A stretch of DNA of 64,000 nt from Alphaproteobacteria bacterium. GTDB taxonomy: Bacteria > Pseudomonadota > Alphaproteobacteria > VGEJ01. The stretch spans positions 640,616 through 704,615 of the forward strand of contig CBDCMV010000003.1 in assembly GCA_965219135.1 (NCBI GenBank). The letters run 5' to 3'. Each line of letters starts with the position of its first letter. Position 1 is the stretch's first letter. Below are positions 39,423-48,287 of this stretch, piece by piece. The notes under the pieces were generated by a model, which was not told the origin of the DNA, made no database searches, and saw nothing but the letters and a program-made list of their open reading frames with translations. Made by a program: the position numbers and the translations under genes.

Positions 39423-40552
39423 CGCTTGGTGCCCACGTGGTGCCCACGTTTGACGGCGGCGACGATCTTGTTGGGATTGGCGGTCCAAACGAACGGTGTG
39501 GGGTCGTCGTTGGTTTCGGCGATGAAGCGGTTGATGGCGGTCTGGAGATTGACGATCGAGTGGAACACTCCTCTTTTGAGTCGGCGTTTGCTGAGCTTGG
39601 CGAAGAAGGTTTTGACGGCATTGAGCCAGGAGCAAGAGGTCGGCGTGAAGTGAAAGACGAACCGAGGGTGGCGCTCGAGCCAGGCCACGACCTTGGGATG
39701 CTTGTGAGTGCCGTAGTTATCGAGGATCACGTGGACGATCTTGCCCGCCGGCACTTCGGCCTCGATGGCGTTGAGGAAGCGGATGAACTCCTGGTGCCGA
39801 TGGCGCTGCATGCAGCGCCCGATCACCTTGCCTTCCAGGACGTCGAGGGCGGCAAACAGCGTCGTCGTGCCGTTCCGTTTGTAGTCATGGGTGATCGTCC
39901 CGCAGCGTCCCTTCTTCAGCGGCAGCCCCGGCTGGGTGCGGTCGAGGGCCTGGATCTGGCTCTTTTCGTCCACCGACAGCACGACGGCATGGGCGGGCGG
40001 ATCGACGTAGAGACCGACGATATCGCGCAGCTTAGTGACGAACTCGGGGTCGGTGGAGAGCTTGAAGTGGCGTACCCGGTGCGGACGGAGCTTGTGAGCC
40101 TGCCAAACCCGCTGCACCGAGCTGATGCTGATCCCGACCACCTTGGCCATCGCCGCCGCCGTCCAGTGCGTCGTCTCTCCGGGCGGTTCGGTGGAGGTCA
40201 ACTCGACCACCCGCTTGACAATGGCACCAGGCAGCGGCGGGATGCGCGAGGGTCGGGTCTTGTCGCGCAAAAGTCCACCCACGCCTTCGTGCATGAACCG
40301 CTCCTGCCAGCGCCAGACGCAGGGCTTGCTCTTGCCCGTCCGCCGCATGATCTCAGCGGTGCCAAGACCATCGCCGGTCAGCAGGATGATCCGAGCCCGC
40401 CAGACGTGCTTCTGCGGGCTGCTCCGGTCCGCAACAACCGCCTCAAGACGAGTACGCTCGGCAAAACTAACGTTCACATGGATACCGTTTCGCATTCCAA
40501 GAGACTCGCACATCGTGCAAGCCATGGGAATCTTTTGTTAGAGTTGATCCAC
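39412..40552 (-). mobile_element. IS630-family element with TA target duplication
   Basis: Imperfect IRs GTGGATCGAATCTAAC / GTTAGAGTTGATCCAC, flanked by TA on both sides. 1141 bp. Confidence 0.7.
39419..40525 (-). CDS. IS630-family DDE transposase
   Basis: HTH N-terminus, DDE_3 motifs (LSVDEKSQIQAL...ILDNYGTHK...). Start may be the downstream Met (MRNGIHV). Confidence 0.85.
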   Translation of the reverse strand: MACTMCESLGMRNGIHVNVSFAERTRLEAVVADRSSPQKHVWRARIILLTGDGLGTAEIMRRTGKSKPCVWRWQERFMHEGVGGLLRDKTRPSRIPPLPGAIVKRVVELTSTEPPGETTHWTAAAMAKVVGISISSVQRVWQAHKLRPHRVRHFKLSTDPEFVTKLRDIVGLYVDPPAHAVVLSVDEKSQIQALDRTQPGLPLKKGRCGTITHDYKRNGTTTLFAALDVLEGKVIGRCMQRHRHQEFIRFLNAIEAEVPAGKIVHVILDNYGTHKHPKVVAWLERHPRFVFHFTPTSCSWLNAVKTFFAKLSKRRLKRGVFHSIVNLQTAINRFIAETNDDPTPFVWTANPNKIVAAVKRGHHVGTKR

Positions 40553-40646
40553 TAGCCACTAGCAGACGTCCGTCGCGAACCTTTACCAAGTTGTGAGCTC
40601 GTCGACCGCTCCGCCCTTCCCCCCGCCTTCCGTCATAACTGACGTA

Positions 40647-41877
40647 AAGGCTTCTCCCTTTGCTTCCGGTCACACCAGATGTTGATCGGCCTTCTACGTT
40701 CCAGGCACGGTTCTTGGACCGTGCCTGGCGATGTGCGGGAGCTTTTGGCCTTGGGGAAGTAGGTTTCGAGTGCTGTCAGGCAGGCTGGAGGGCCGGTATT
40801 CGGCCCCGATTGAGGCGGATCGGAGGGCGGGCGGTGGCTGGCGCCCGGCCTGCCGGGATCAGCCGCGTTGTCCGACGATGTCGCGGTAGTCGGCGGGTCG
40901 GAGGCGCGTGCCGATGCCGAGCAGGGTGTCGAAGGCCGTTGCGGTGTGGCGGCGGCGGTTCCAGCGGAACACGAACTCGTCGAGATAGCGGCGCAGATGG
41001 GCGCGGCGCAGGCCATGGAAGGTTCCGAGCGCCCAGCGCTTCAGGTTCGAGAACACACGATGGATCCAGATCAGCACGAGATGGGCGGGCGTTGCACCGA
41101 CGACCTTGGGCTGGTGGTCGTGGTCGGGCAGGCCAGGATAACCGCTCCAGCCATCGGTGATTACCCGCGCGCCCGGCGCCGAGGTCCCGGCAACGAAGGC
41201 ATGAAGGCTGCGCGCGGAGAAATCCCCGATCGGCGCCAGCCGGATGCGACGTGGCTCGCCCTCGGGCGATAGCTCGACCGCGCCAGCAATGCGCATCTTG
41301 CCTTGCCGGCTGCGACCTTGCCCGCCTGTGGTCGGGTCTTTTACGGTGCGGAACGGTAGGGTGGCCTCATCGATCTCGACCAGGTCCTCAAGCAGGCTGC
41401 GATCCGGATCAACCATGGCACGGCGCAGCTTGTGCAGCAGGAGCCAGGCACTCTTGTAACTGCCGAGCCCGAGCTGGGCCTGGAGTTGCAGGGCGGAGAT
41501 ACCGTTCGAGTGGCTGGTCACGATGTGAACGGCCATGAACCAGGTCTTCAGGGGCAAGTGGCTGCGGTGCATGATCGTGCCCGCGGTCACCGAAGTCTCC
41601 TTCCCGCAGGCCGCACATTCCCAGCTCGCCCGGCGACGCTTCAGTTCCCAGCCCCTGTCATGGCCGCAGGCGGGGCAGACGAAGCTGTCGGGCCAGCGCT
41701 TGGCTGCAAGATGCCGGGCGCAGGAGGCTTCATCGGGAAAGCGCGCCTCGAAGGCGGCGCGGGACATCGGGCGGTCGTATTTCCAGCGGCTGGCATGACA
41801 GAACATTAAGCGAACATTCCGCCGATGGCAACCGCAAACCCAACATGTCGTCAAACCGGGTTCAGAGGGATAAGCCT
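40647..41877 (-). mobile_element. IS1595-family (ISXO2-like) element with 8-bp target-site duplication CTGACGTA
   Basis: IRs AAGGCTTCTCCCTTTG / CAGAGGGATAAGCCTT (13/16 matches). Direct repeats CTGACGTA at 40639..40646 and 41878..41885. Confidence 0.75.
40859..41767 (-). CDS. IS1595-family transposase (Zn-ribbon plus DDE_Tnp_IS1595)
   Basis: N-terminal CPACGH...CAACGK zinc ribbon. ISXO2-like DDE domain. Start MSRAAFEARF inferred. Confidence 0.8.
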   Translation of the reverse strand: MSRAAFEARFPDEASCARHLAAKRWPDSFVCPACGHDRGWELKRRRASWECAACGKETSVTAGTIMHRSHLPLKTWFMAVHIVTSHSNGISALQLQAQLGLGSYKSAWLLLHKLRRAMVDPDRSLLEDLVEIDEATLPFRTVKDPTTGGQGRSRQGKMRIAGAVELSPEGEPRRIRLAPIGDFSARSLHAFVAGTSAPGARVITDGWSGYPGLPDHDHQPKVVGATPAHLVLIWIHRVFSNLKRWALGTFHGLRRAHLRRYLDEFVFRWNRRRHTATAFDTLLGIGTRLRPADYRDIVGQRG

Positions 41878-42082
41878 TCTGACGTAAAGCCTTAGAATGG
41901 GCGCGGCGTAAGCCTCTCCTCAGATTGGATTTTGGTTCGGTCCATGATCTCGTCATTCTTAACCGATCGTTCAATAACCATTCTGGAACTTTCGTTCAAT
42001 TAAACGTGAGAGAGCCGCTAACGGCCGCAGCCGCCGTCTGATAGGCTGGGATACGCTAGAGCCAATGCCCGCCTGAATTCGT

Positions 42083-43132
42083 TTGACCCGCCATATCGCC
42101 AGCCCGCCCATCAAGGCGGTCGTCTTCGCGCCCCGCGGTGCGGTGCTGAGCGACGACGAGCGTCGTTTCTTCGCCGCGTGCAATCCGCTCGGGTTCATCC
42201 TGATGGGGCGCAACTGTGTTGATCCCCAACAGGTGCGGCGCCTGGTCGCGGCGTTCCGCGAATGCGTGGGACGCGAGGATGCGCCGGTGATGATCGACCA
42301 GGAGGGCGGCCGCATCGTCCGGCTGGGGCCCCCGCATTGGAGGGCGGCCCCGGCCCCGGCCCGCATTGGCGCGCTCGCGGCCCACGATCCGCAGGCGGCA
42401 GGCGAAGCGGCGGGGCTGAACGCGCGATTGATTGCTGCCGAGCTATTCGATCTCGGAATCACCGTCGATTGCGCCCCAGTGGTGGATGTGCCGGCGCCGG
42501 GCGCACATGACGTGATCGGCGATCGCGCCTTTGGCCCGGACCCATCGCGCGTGAGTGCGCTCGGCCGCGCGGCGTGCGAGGGTCTGATCGCGGGTGGGGT
42601 CACACCGGTACTCAAGCACGCGCCCGGGCACGGTCGGGCGAGGGCCGACAGTCACTTGGCGCTGCCGGTGGTGGAGGCCCCGCGCGCCGAGCTGGAGGCG
42701 GTCGACTTCGCGCCCTTCCGCGCGCTCAACGCCATGCCATGGGCGATGACCGCGCACGTCCGCTACACCGCGCTTGATGCGGGGTTGCCGGCGAGCGCAT
42801 CGGCCACGGTCGTCACCGAGGTGATTCGCGGCGACATCGGCTTCGCGGGCATGCTGGTCGCCGATGACATCGGCATGGGCGCGCTGTCGGGCGCGATGGG
42901 CGCCCGCGCCGCCGCGGTCGTTGACGCCGGTTGCGACATCGCGCTCCACTGCTCCGGCGAGCCGCAGGAAATGACCGACATCGCGGCGGCCGTCGGCGGG
43001 TTGCGCGAGGACACGCGCAAGCGGCTTGCACAGGGCGCCGCCCTTGTCCCCGAGCCCGAGGACGCCGATCTAAACGCAATGGCGGCACGGCTCGATCAAC
43101 TCATGGGCGCAGCGGGGCGCGGCGGATCGTGA
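42083..43132 (+). CDS. nagZ: beta-N-acetylhexosaminidase (GH3)
   Basis: MIDQEGGRIVRL..., KHAPGHGRA... GH3 NagZ motifs. Confidence 0.85.
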   Translation: MTRHIASPPIKAVVFAPRGAVLSDDERRFFAACNPLGFILMGRNCVDPQQVRRLVAAFRECVGREDAPVMIDQEGGRIVRLGPPHWRAAPAPARIGALAAHDPQAAGEAAGLNARLIAAELFDLGITVDCAPVVDVPAPGAHDVIGDRAFGPDPSRVSALGRAACEGLIAGGVTPVLKHAPGHGRARADSHLALPVVEAPRAELEAVDFAPFRALNAMPWAMTAHVRYTALDAGLPASASATVVTEVIRGDIGFAGMLVADDIGMGALSGAMGARAAAVVDAGCDIALHCSGEPQEMTDIAAAVGGLREDTRKRLAQGAALVPEPEDADLNAMAARLDQLMGAAGRGGS

Positions 43133-43809
43133 ACCTCGAATCGATCCTCTGGACCGCCTCGGTGTGGGTGCTGCCGGTGCTCATCGCCATCACCTTTCAC
43201 GAGGCGGCGCACGGCTTCGTCGCCTGGCGCCTGGGCGATGACACCGCCAAGCGGCTCGGCCGCGTGACCTTCAACCCGCTGCGCCACATCGATCCCTTCG
43301 GCACCGTCTTGCTGCCGGGGATACTGATCGTCGCCGGTTCGCCGTTCCTGTTCGGCTACGCCAAGCCGGTGCCGGTGAACTTCGGCCGCCTGCGGCGTCC
43401 CCGGCGCGACATGGTGCTGGTCGCCGCCGCCGGGCCCGTGGCCAACCTGATCCTCGCGTTCGCCTCGGCGCTCCTCATCCACGTCGCCTTGGCGCTTCCA
43501 GTGGGCGGGGAGTGGCTAACGGAGACCCTGATCAACTCGATCCGGATCAACGTGCTGCTGGCGGTGTTCAACATGATCCCGCTGCCGCCGCTCGACGGCG
43601 GACGGGTGGCCGTTGGGCTGTTGCCCCGCGAACTCGCGCTGCCGCTGGCGCGGCTCGAACGTTACGGAATGTTGATCCTGATCGGCGCTTTGTTCCTGCT
43701 ACCGTTGTTGGGTCGGGAGCTTGGATTGCCGATCAGCCTGTGGCGAGTCATCGGACCGGTCATCAGTTTTTTCTCCAGAATGATCATTGGGCTTGCCGGT
43801 CACGGATAA
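43129..43809 (+). CDS. site-2 protease family (peptidase M50) membrane protein
   Basis: HEAAHG zinc motif in TM1. ~226 aa. GTGA overlap with nagZ. Confidence 0.75.
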   Translation: MNLESILWTASVWVLPVLIAITFHEAAHGFVAWRLGDDTAKRLGRVTFNPLRHIDPFGTVLLPGILIVAGSPFLFGYAKPVPVNFGRLRRPRRDMVLVAAAGPVANLILAFASALLIHVALALPVGGEWLTETLINSIRINVLLAVFNMIPLPPLDGGRVAVGLLPRELALPLARLERYGMLILIGALFLLPLLGRELGLPISLWRVIGPVISFFSRMIIGLAGHG

Positions 43810-43842
43810 CGGACGGCAATCGGCGGAGCGGCGGAGGCCGTC

Positions 43843-44575
43843 TTGTTTAGCGTCGAGTCGATCCTTTACGCGTTCGTCGAGTGGACGATCCCGGTATTGG
43901 CGGCGGTCCTGCTGCATGAGGTAGCGCACGGTCTTGCGGCGCGACGTCTGGGCGGCGACGCGGCCCTGGCCGGCGGCCGGTTGCCGGCCAATCCGCTGCG
44001 CCACGTCGACATCTTCGGTACCCTCCTCTTGCCGCTGCTGCTGGTCATCGCCGGCCTCAGGTTGCCTTTCGGTTACGCCAAGACGATTCGCATCGATTTC
44101 TCACGATTTGCGCGCTCGCGGCGGAACCTGATCGGGGTACTGGCGGCGGGGCCGGTGGCCAACTTGCTGCTCGCGATCGTCGCCGCGCTGGCGCTGCACG
44201 TCGTGGCAGGCCTACCCAACCACGTCAACGGCTTGGCCGAGGTCCACAACTACCGGCCTGGCGGGTGGGAGGCGGTGATCGCGGACAACCTGATGAACAT
44301 GGTGCGGATGAGCATTCTGTTGGCGGCGATCAACATTGTTCCGCTGCCGCTGCTCGATGGTGGGCGGCTGGCAGGTGGAGCTGCTGCCGACACGCCTTGC
44401 CGCGCCGCTCGCGCGGCTGGAGCGCTACGGCGTGGTGATCGTGGTCGTGGTGTTTTTCGTGCTGCCGCTGTTCGGCAGCCAGCTGGGACTGGGGATCGAC
44501 CCCTTCGACTGGATCGTGTCGCCGATCGTGGAGTTATTCTATAATTCGCTGCGCGTGCTGTCGGGACATGGATAG
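43843..44575 (+). pseudogene. second tandem M50/site-2-protease paralog, frameshifted near 44370
   Basis: HEVAHG motif. The C-terminal 70 aa (ELLPTRLAAPLARLERYG...VLSGHG) continue in ORF 44336..44575. Comparison with paralog 1 (LDGGRVAVGLLPRELALPLARLERYG) indicates one extra G in GCAGGTGGAG. Confidence 0.6.
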
Positions 44576-45359
44576 GGGCGGCGTGGCCGAAGAGCCTTTC
44601 GAATCCGGCGGGGCGCCGCGGCCGGCGGGCGCCTTGATCGTCGACCTCGACGGTTTCGAGGGGCCGCTCGATGTGTTGTTGGCGCTGGCCCGGGAACAGC
44701 GCGTCGATCTCACGCGTATTTCGATCCTTGATTTGGCGGAGCAGTACCTCGCCTTTATTGCCGATGCCCACGGGCTGCGGCTGGAGATCGCCGCCGATTA
44801 TTTGGTGATGGCGGCCTGGCTCGCCTACCTGAAATCGCGGCTCTTACTGCCCGAGGCGGAGGCGGACGAGGAACCCAGCGGCGCCGAGCTGGCGGCCGAG
44901 TTAGCCTTCCGCCTGCGCCGGCTGGAAGCGATGCGCGACGCGGCGGCGCGGCTGATGGGCCGCGACCGGCTGGGCCGCGAGGTTTTCGTGCGCGGCGCGC
45001 CCGAAGGAGTGCGGGTGGTGCGAAGCTCGGTCTTCGAGCTCTCGCTCTACGAGCTGTTGCGTGGTTACGCCGAGCATGCGGTGCGACGGGATGCGCCGGC
45101 GTTCGCGATCGCGCCGTCCGCGGTCTATTCGGTGCAAAGCGCGCTCGGCCGTTTGGGCGGACTGATCGGGGGCATGGCGGACTGGATACGGCTAGAGGCG
45201 TGTTTGCCGCCCGAGTTGGCGGGCGATACGCGCCTTCGCTCGGCGCTTGCCTCGACGTTCGCTGCGAGCCTCGAGCTGGCGCGGGCGGGCGAGGTCGAAC
45301 TGCGCCAGAGCGATGCCTTCGGCCCGATCCATCTGCGGCGGCCGTCGGGCGAGGGTTGA
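44568..45359 (+). CDS. scpA: segregation and condensation protein A
   Basis: ScpA-family length and motifs (LDGFEGPLDVLLALAREQRVDLTRISILDLAEQYL). Confidence 0.85.
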   Translation: MDRGGVAEEPFESGGAPRPAGALIVDLDGFEGPLDVLLALAREQRVDLTRISILDLAEQYLAFIADAHGLRLEIAADYLVMAAWLAYLKSRLLLPEAEADEEPSGAELAAELAFRLRRLEAMRDAAARLMGRDRLGREVFVRGAPEGVRVVRSSVFELSLYELLRGYAEHAVRRDAPAFAIAPSAVYSVQSALGRLGGLIGGMADWIRLEACLPPELAGDTRLRSALASTFAASLELARAGEVELRQSDAFGPIHLRRPSGEG

Positions 45360-45370
45360 CGGGACACGCA

Positions 45371-45979
45371 ATGGCCGAGATCGACCAACATGCGCGCATG
45401 GCCGAGGCACTGTTGTTTGCCGCCGTCGAGCCGCTGGACGAAGCCACCATTGCCGCCCGCCTGCCCGAGGGCGCCGACATCGCGGCGGTTCTGGCCCGCC
45501 TGCGTGAGGAGTACGCCGAACGTGGCGTCAACCTGGTTCGAGTGGCCGGCAAGTGGGCCCTACGGACGGCGCCGGACCTCGCGTTCCTGTTGCGACGCGA
45601 CGTCGAGACGGCGCGTACGCTCTCCCGTGCCGCGATCGAGACGCTGGCGATCATCGCCTATCACCAGCCCGTCACTCGCGCCGAAGTCGAGGAGATCAGA
45701 GGCGTCGGGCTGAGCCGCGGCACCCTCGACCGCCTGATGGAGGCGAAGTGGGTGCGGCCGGTGGGTCGCCGGCACTCGCCCGGCCGGCCGGTGACCTATG
45801 GCACCAGCGATGGGTTCCTCGATCACTTCGGCCTCGACGCCATCGAGGATCTGCCCGGTGTTGAAGAGCTCAAAGCCGCCGGATTGCTGGACTCGCGACC
45901 GACGCCGGTGCCGATCGGCGGCGCGCCGCTGGAGACCGAGGCCGACGATGAGGCCGGGCCCGATGACGCCGGGGTCTAG
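45371..45979 (+). CDS. scpB: segregation and condensation protein B
   Basis: ScpB winged-helix motifs (ALLFAAVEPL...IAYHQPVTRAEVEEIRGV). Follows scpA. Confidence 0.85.
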   Translation: MAEIDQHARMAEALLFAAVEPLDEATIAARLPEGADIAAVLARLREEYAERGVNLVRVAGKWALRTAPDLAFLLRRDVETARTLSRAAIETLAIIAYHQPVTRAEVEEIRGVGLSRGTLDRLMEAKWVRPVGRRHSPGRPVTYGTSDGFLDHFGLDAIEDLPGVEELKAAGLLDSRPTPVPIGGAPLETEADDEAGPDDAGV

Positions 45980-46737
45980 ACGGCCGCGTGCACGCCGACA
46001 CCGGCGCCCCAAACGATGAGGGCGAGGCCGCCGAAGCGGCCGATCCAATGGCCCGCGGGGGCGAGCTTCTCCACTAGTACGTAAAGCGCCAGGCCGGCGA
46101 TCCACAGCGGACTCATCGCGCCGCCGTAGAACAACAGGCCCATCAGCACCCAACAGCATCCCAGGCAAAAGGCGCCATGTTCAAGGCCCATCCGAAAAGC
46201 ACCGGCGCCGCCCGGCCGCCAGTTTCGCGCGATGAAGTCATGGGGCGCCCGGCAGTGGCGAAGGCAGGCGTGCTTCAGGGGCGTCATCTGATAGACGCCG
46301 GCCCCGATCAATAGCGCCGCGCCAAGGATTGCACCGACACTGGACAGCATCGGCGTGAGGAGGCCGCTGCGTTCCAGGGACGCCTGAATCAGGCTCGCCG
46401 CCACGCTGAAACCGCCCCAGGCGACGACGTAGCCGGCGGCGAATACGGCGGTCGGCACCATCGGATGGCCGCGCTCGCCGCTTTTGCGGTTGACCGCCGC
46501 GAACAGCAAGATCGTCGGCGCCGCGGCGGGCAGCATCATCGCCGCCATCATCACCCACCACATGGCGAAGGTGAGTGAAAGGGTGGCGACACTGGCCGCC
46601 GAGGCGACGCCCATGTCCATGCCGGCGCCCGCGAGCGTATAGCCCCAGGCGCCGGCGATGATGATGACAAGGCCCGCCGCGACCAGCACGCGGTCGCGTC
46701 GGAGCGCGCGCTCGAGCGCCGGCGCCGCGGCCGTCAC
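45976..46737 (-). CDS. DUF2182 predicted metal-binding integral membrane protein
   Basis: Multi-transmembrane protein with CLRHCRAPHDF and CLGCCW motifs. Usual partner of DUF1326. Start (GTG) is approximate. Confidence 0.55.
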   Translation of the reverse strand: MTAAAPALERALRRDRVLVAAGLVIIIAGAWGYTLAGAGMDMGVASAASVATLSLTFAMWWVMMAAMMLPAAAPTILLFAAVNRKSGERGHPMVPTAVFAAGYVVAWGGFSVAASLIQASLERSGLLTPMLSSVGAILGAALLIGAGVYQMTPLKHACLRHCRAPHDFIARNWRPGGAGAFRMGLEHGAFCLGCCWVLMGLLFYGGAMSPLWIAGLALYVLVEKLAPAGHWIGRFGGLALIVWGAGVGVHAAV

Positions 46738-46751
46738 TACACCAAGCCCAC

Positions 46752-47390
46752 TCAAGCGGCGTCGCGGACGACGCCCTTGTGGGTGAGGTGGAGTTCGGCG
46801 AACTGGCCGTAAGTGGCCTGAAGGCCGAGGGCGATGGCCGCGGTGGTCTTGGTCGTACCGCTGCCAATCTCGGCGAGGGTGAACTCGAAGCCTTCGGGCT
46901 TGTCGATGCGGGCGCGCGCGGGCGCGCAGGTCACCGGGTTGCGGATCGGCTCGCCGGAAGCCTCGATGACTCCCGGCACGACCAGTCGTGCGCGGCGCTC
47001 GTCGATATCGACCTCGAAGTCGATCGGACGGACGAGCGGCTCGAGAATCGTCGCCGTCATGGCCGTGTAGACGGCAAACATCGTCGCCATGGGCTCGGTT
47101 TCCTCGCCCTGCATGATCTTGAGGAGGGCCTCGCGCTGGCCTTCGTCCGCGCGCTCGTCGACCACGAGCTGCATAGTGCCATTGCCCTCGTGGACCGCGC
47201 CCGGCCAATGATACATCCCGGCGCCGCGGAGGCCGTTGAGCTTGACCTCGCCGAAGTGACCTTCGTCGACCTCGAACGCAAGCACTGCCTCGCAGTTGCC
47301 GTAGGTGGGTAAGGCGTTGAACTGGCAGGGGCACCCATACGAGCAGTTGCAGTTGGCGAACTCGCGCGCCTTGATGCGCCATTCGATCAT
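46752..47390 (-). CDS. DUF1326 protein
   Basis: N-terminal CNCSYGCPCQFN cysteine cluster typical of DUF1326. Adjacent to DUF2182 as commonly observed. Confidence 0.6.
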   Translation of the reverse strand: MIEWRIKAREFANCNCSYGCPCQFNALPTYGNCEAVLAFEVDEGHFGEVKLNGLRGAGMYHWPGAVHEGNGTMQLVVDERADEGQREALLKIMQGEETEPMATMFAVYTAMTATILEPLVRPIDFEVDIDERRARLVVPGVIEASGEPIRNPVTCAPARARIDKPEGFEFTLAEIGSGTTKTTAAIALGLQATYGQFAELHLTHKGVVRDAA

Positions 47391-47409
47391 GTCTTGGACC
47401 TCCGCTGCG

Positions 47410-48060
47410 TTAATACAGGCGCTCCTGGGCGTCGGTATCGATCAGATCTTGCATCTTCTCGACCGTGTCGTCCGGACCACCAAGCGTCACCAGCATCTCG
47501 GCGAGATGGCGGGGGCCATCGTCGCCGGGCCAGTGCTCGGGTTGCCACAGGTGTGAGCGAATCATGCACTTGGGGCAATGAAAGAATGCCCGCGTGACGT
47601 AGACGACCAGGGCGAAGTCGGGCAGGCGGCCCTTGACCGCCATGCGCTCTCGCAAGTTGGTATCGCGGACGATACGGGCCTCGCCCGCGACGCGCAGGGT
47701 CTCGTTGCGTCCCGGAATAAAGAAGATCAATCCGATTCGCGGGTTCTCGATGATGTTGCGGAAGGTGTCGACGCGGCGGTTGCCGAGACGGTCGGGAATC
47801 GCGAGGTGGGTCTCGTCAATGACTTCGACGAAGCCGGCGGGATCGCCCTTGGGCGAGAGGTCGAAGTGTCCTTCCGCGCTTGACGAGGCGATGACCAGGA
47901 ACGGCGAGCGGGCGATAAAGTCACGGCCGACCGCGTCGATGCGATCGGTGATTTTGTCGAGGGTGCGCTGGCGCGGCTTACCCATCACCTCGGCGATTTG
48001 CTCCGCCGTGATGACGATCTCGGTGAAGCCGGAGAACCGATCCGCGGTCGTATCCATCAC
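47410..48060 (-). CDS. PPOX-class FMN-binding protein (pyridoxamine 5'-phosphate oxidase-related)
   Basis: Split-barrel motifs (SPFLVIASSSAEGHFDLSPKGD...RVDTFRNIIENPRIGLIFFIPG). Confidence 0.65.
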   Translation of the reverse strand: MMDTTADRFSGFTEIVITAEQIAEVMGKPRQRTLDKITDRIDAVGRDFIARSPFLVIASSSAEGHFDLSPKGDPAGFVEVIDETHLAIPDRLGNRRVDTFRNIIENPRIGLIFFIPGRNETLRVAGEARIVRDTNLRERMAVKGRLPDFALVVYVTRAFFHCPKCMIRSHLWQPEHWPGDDGPRHLAEMLVTLGGPDDTVEKMQDLIDTDAQERLY

Positions 48061-48202
48061 GCGCTCCTCCTTCCCGCTGCCCGGCGGTGGCGCCAGCTTA
48101 GTCGAGTCACGGGCCGGCTTCCATACGATCGCGGATTGATCCAGGTCAAGGCGTCGGGGCCAGAGGTGGTGTGGTCTCGATCATTAAGGGGATGGGAACG
48201 GG

Positions 48203-48235
48203 TTGCGAATGAGAATGAGAATGAGTTGCATTCGC
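48203..48235 (+). promoter_or_regulatory. palindromic operator candidate TGCGAATG-N17-CATTCGCA containing three tandem GAATGA hexamers (Fur/iron-box-like) upstream of fbpA
   Basis: Read directly as TTGCGAATGAGAATGAGAATGAGTTGCATTCGCA. 50-150 bp upstream of the iron ABC transporter start. Confidence 0.4.
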
Positions 48236-48287
48236 AGCCGGGTTCCGTGTAAGAGCATCGGCGTTGGAGCTGAGGAGTACGCAGAGG

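Noticed and set aside
39437-40555. 372-aa plus-strand ORF
   Set aside because: Antisense to the IS630 transposase gene with no homology signal.
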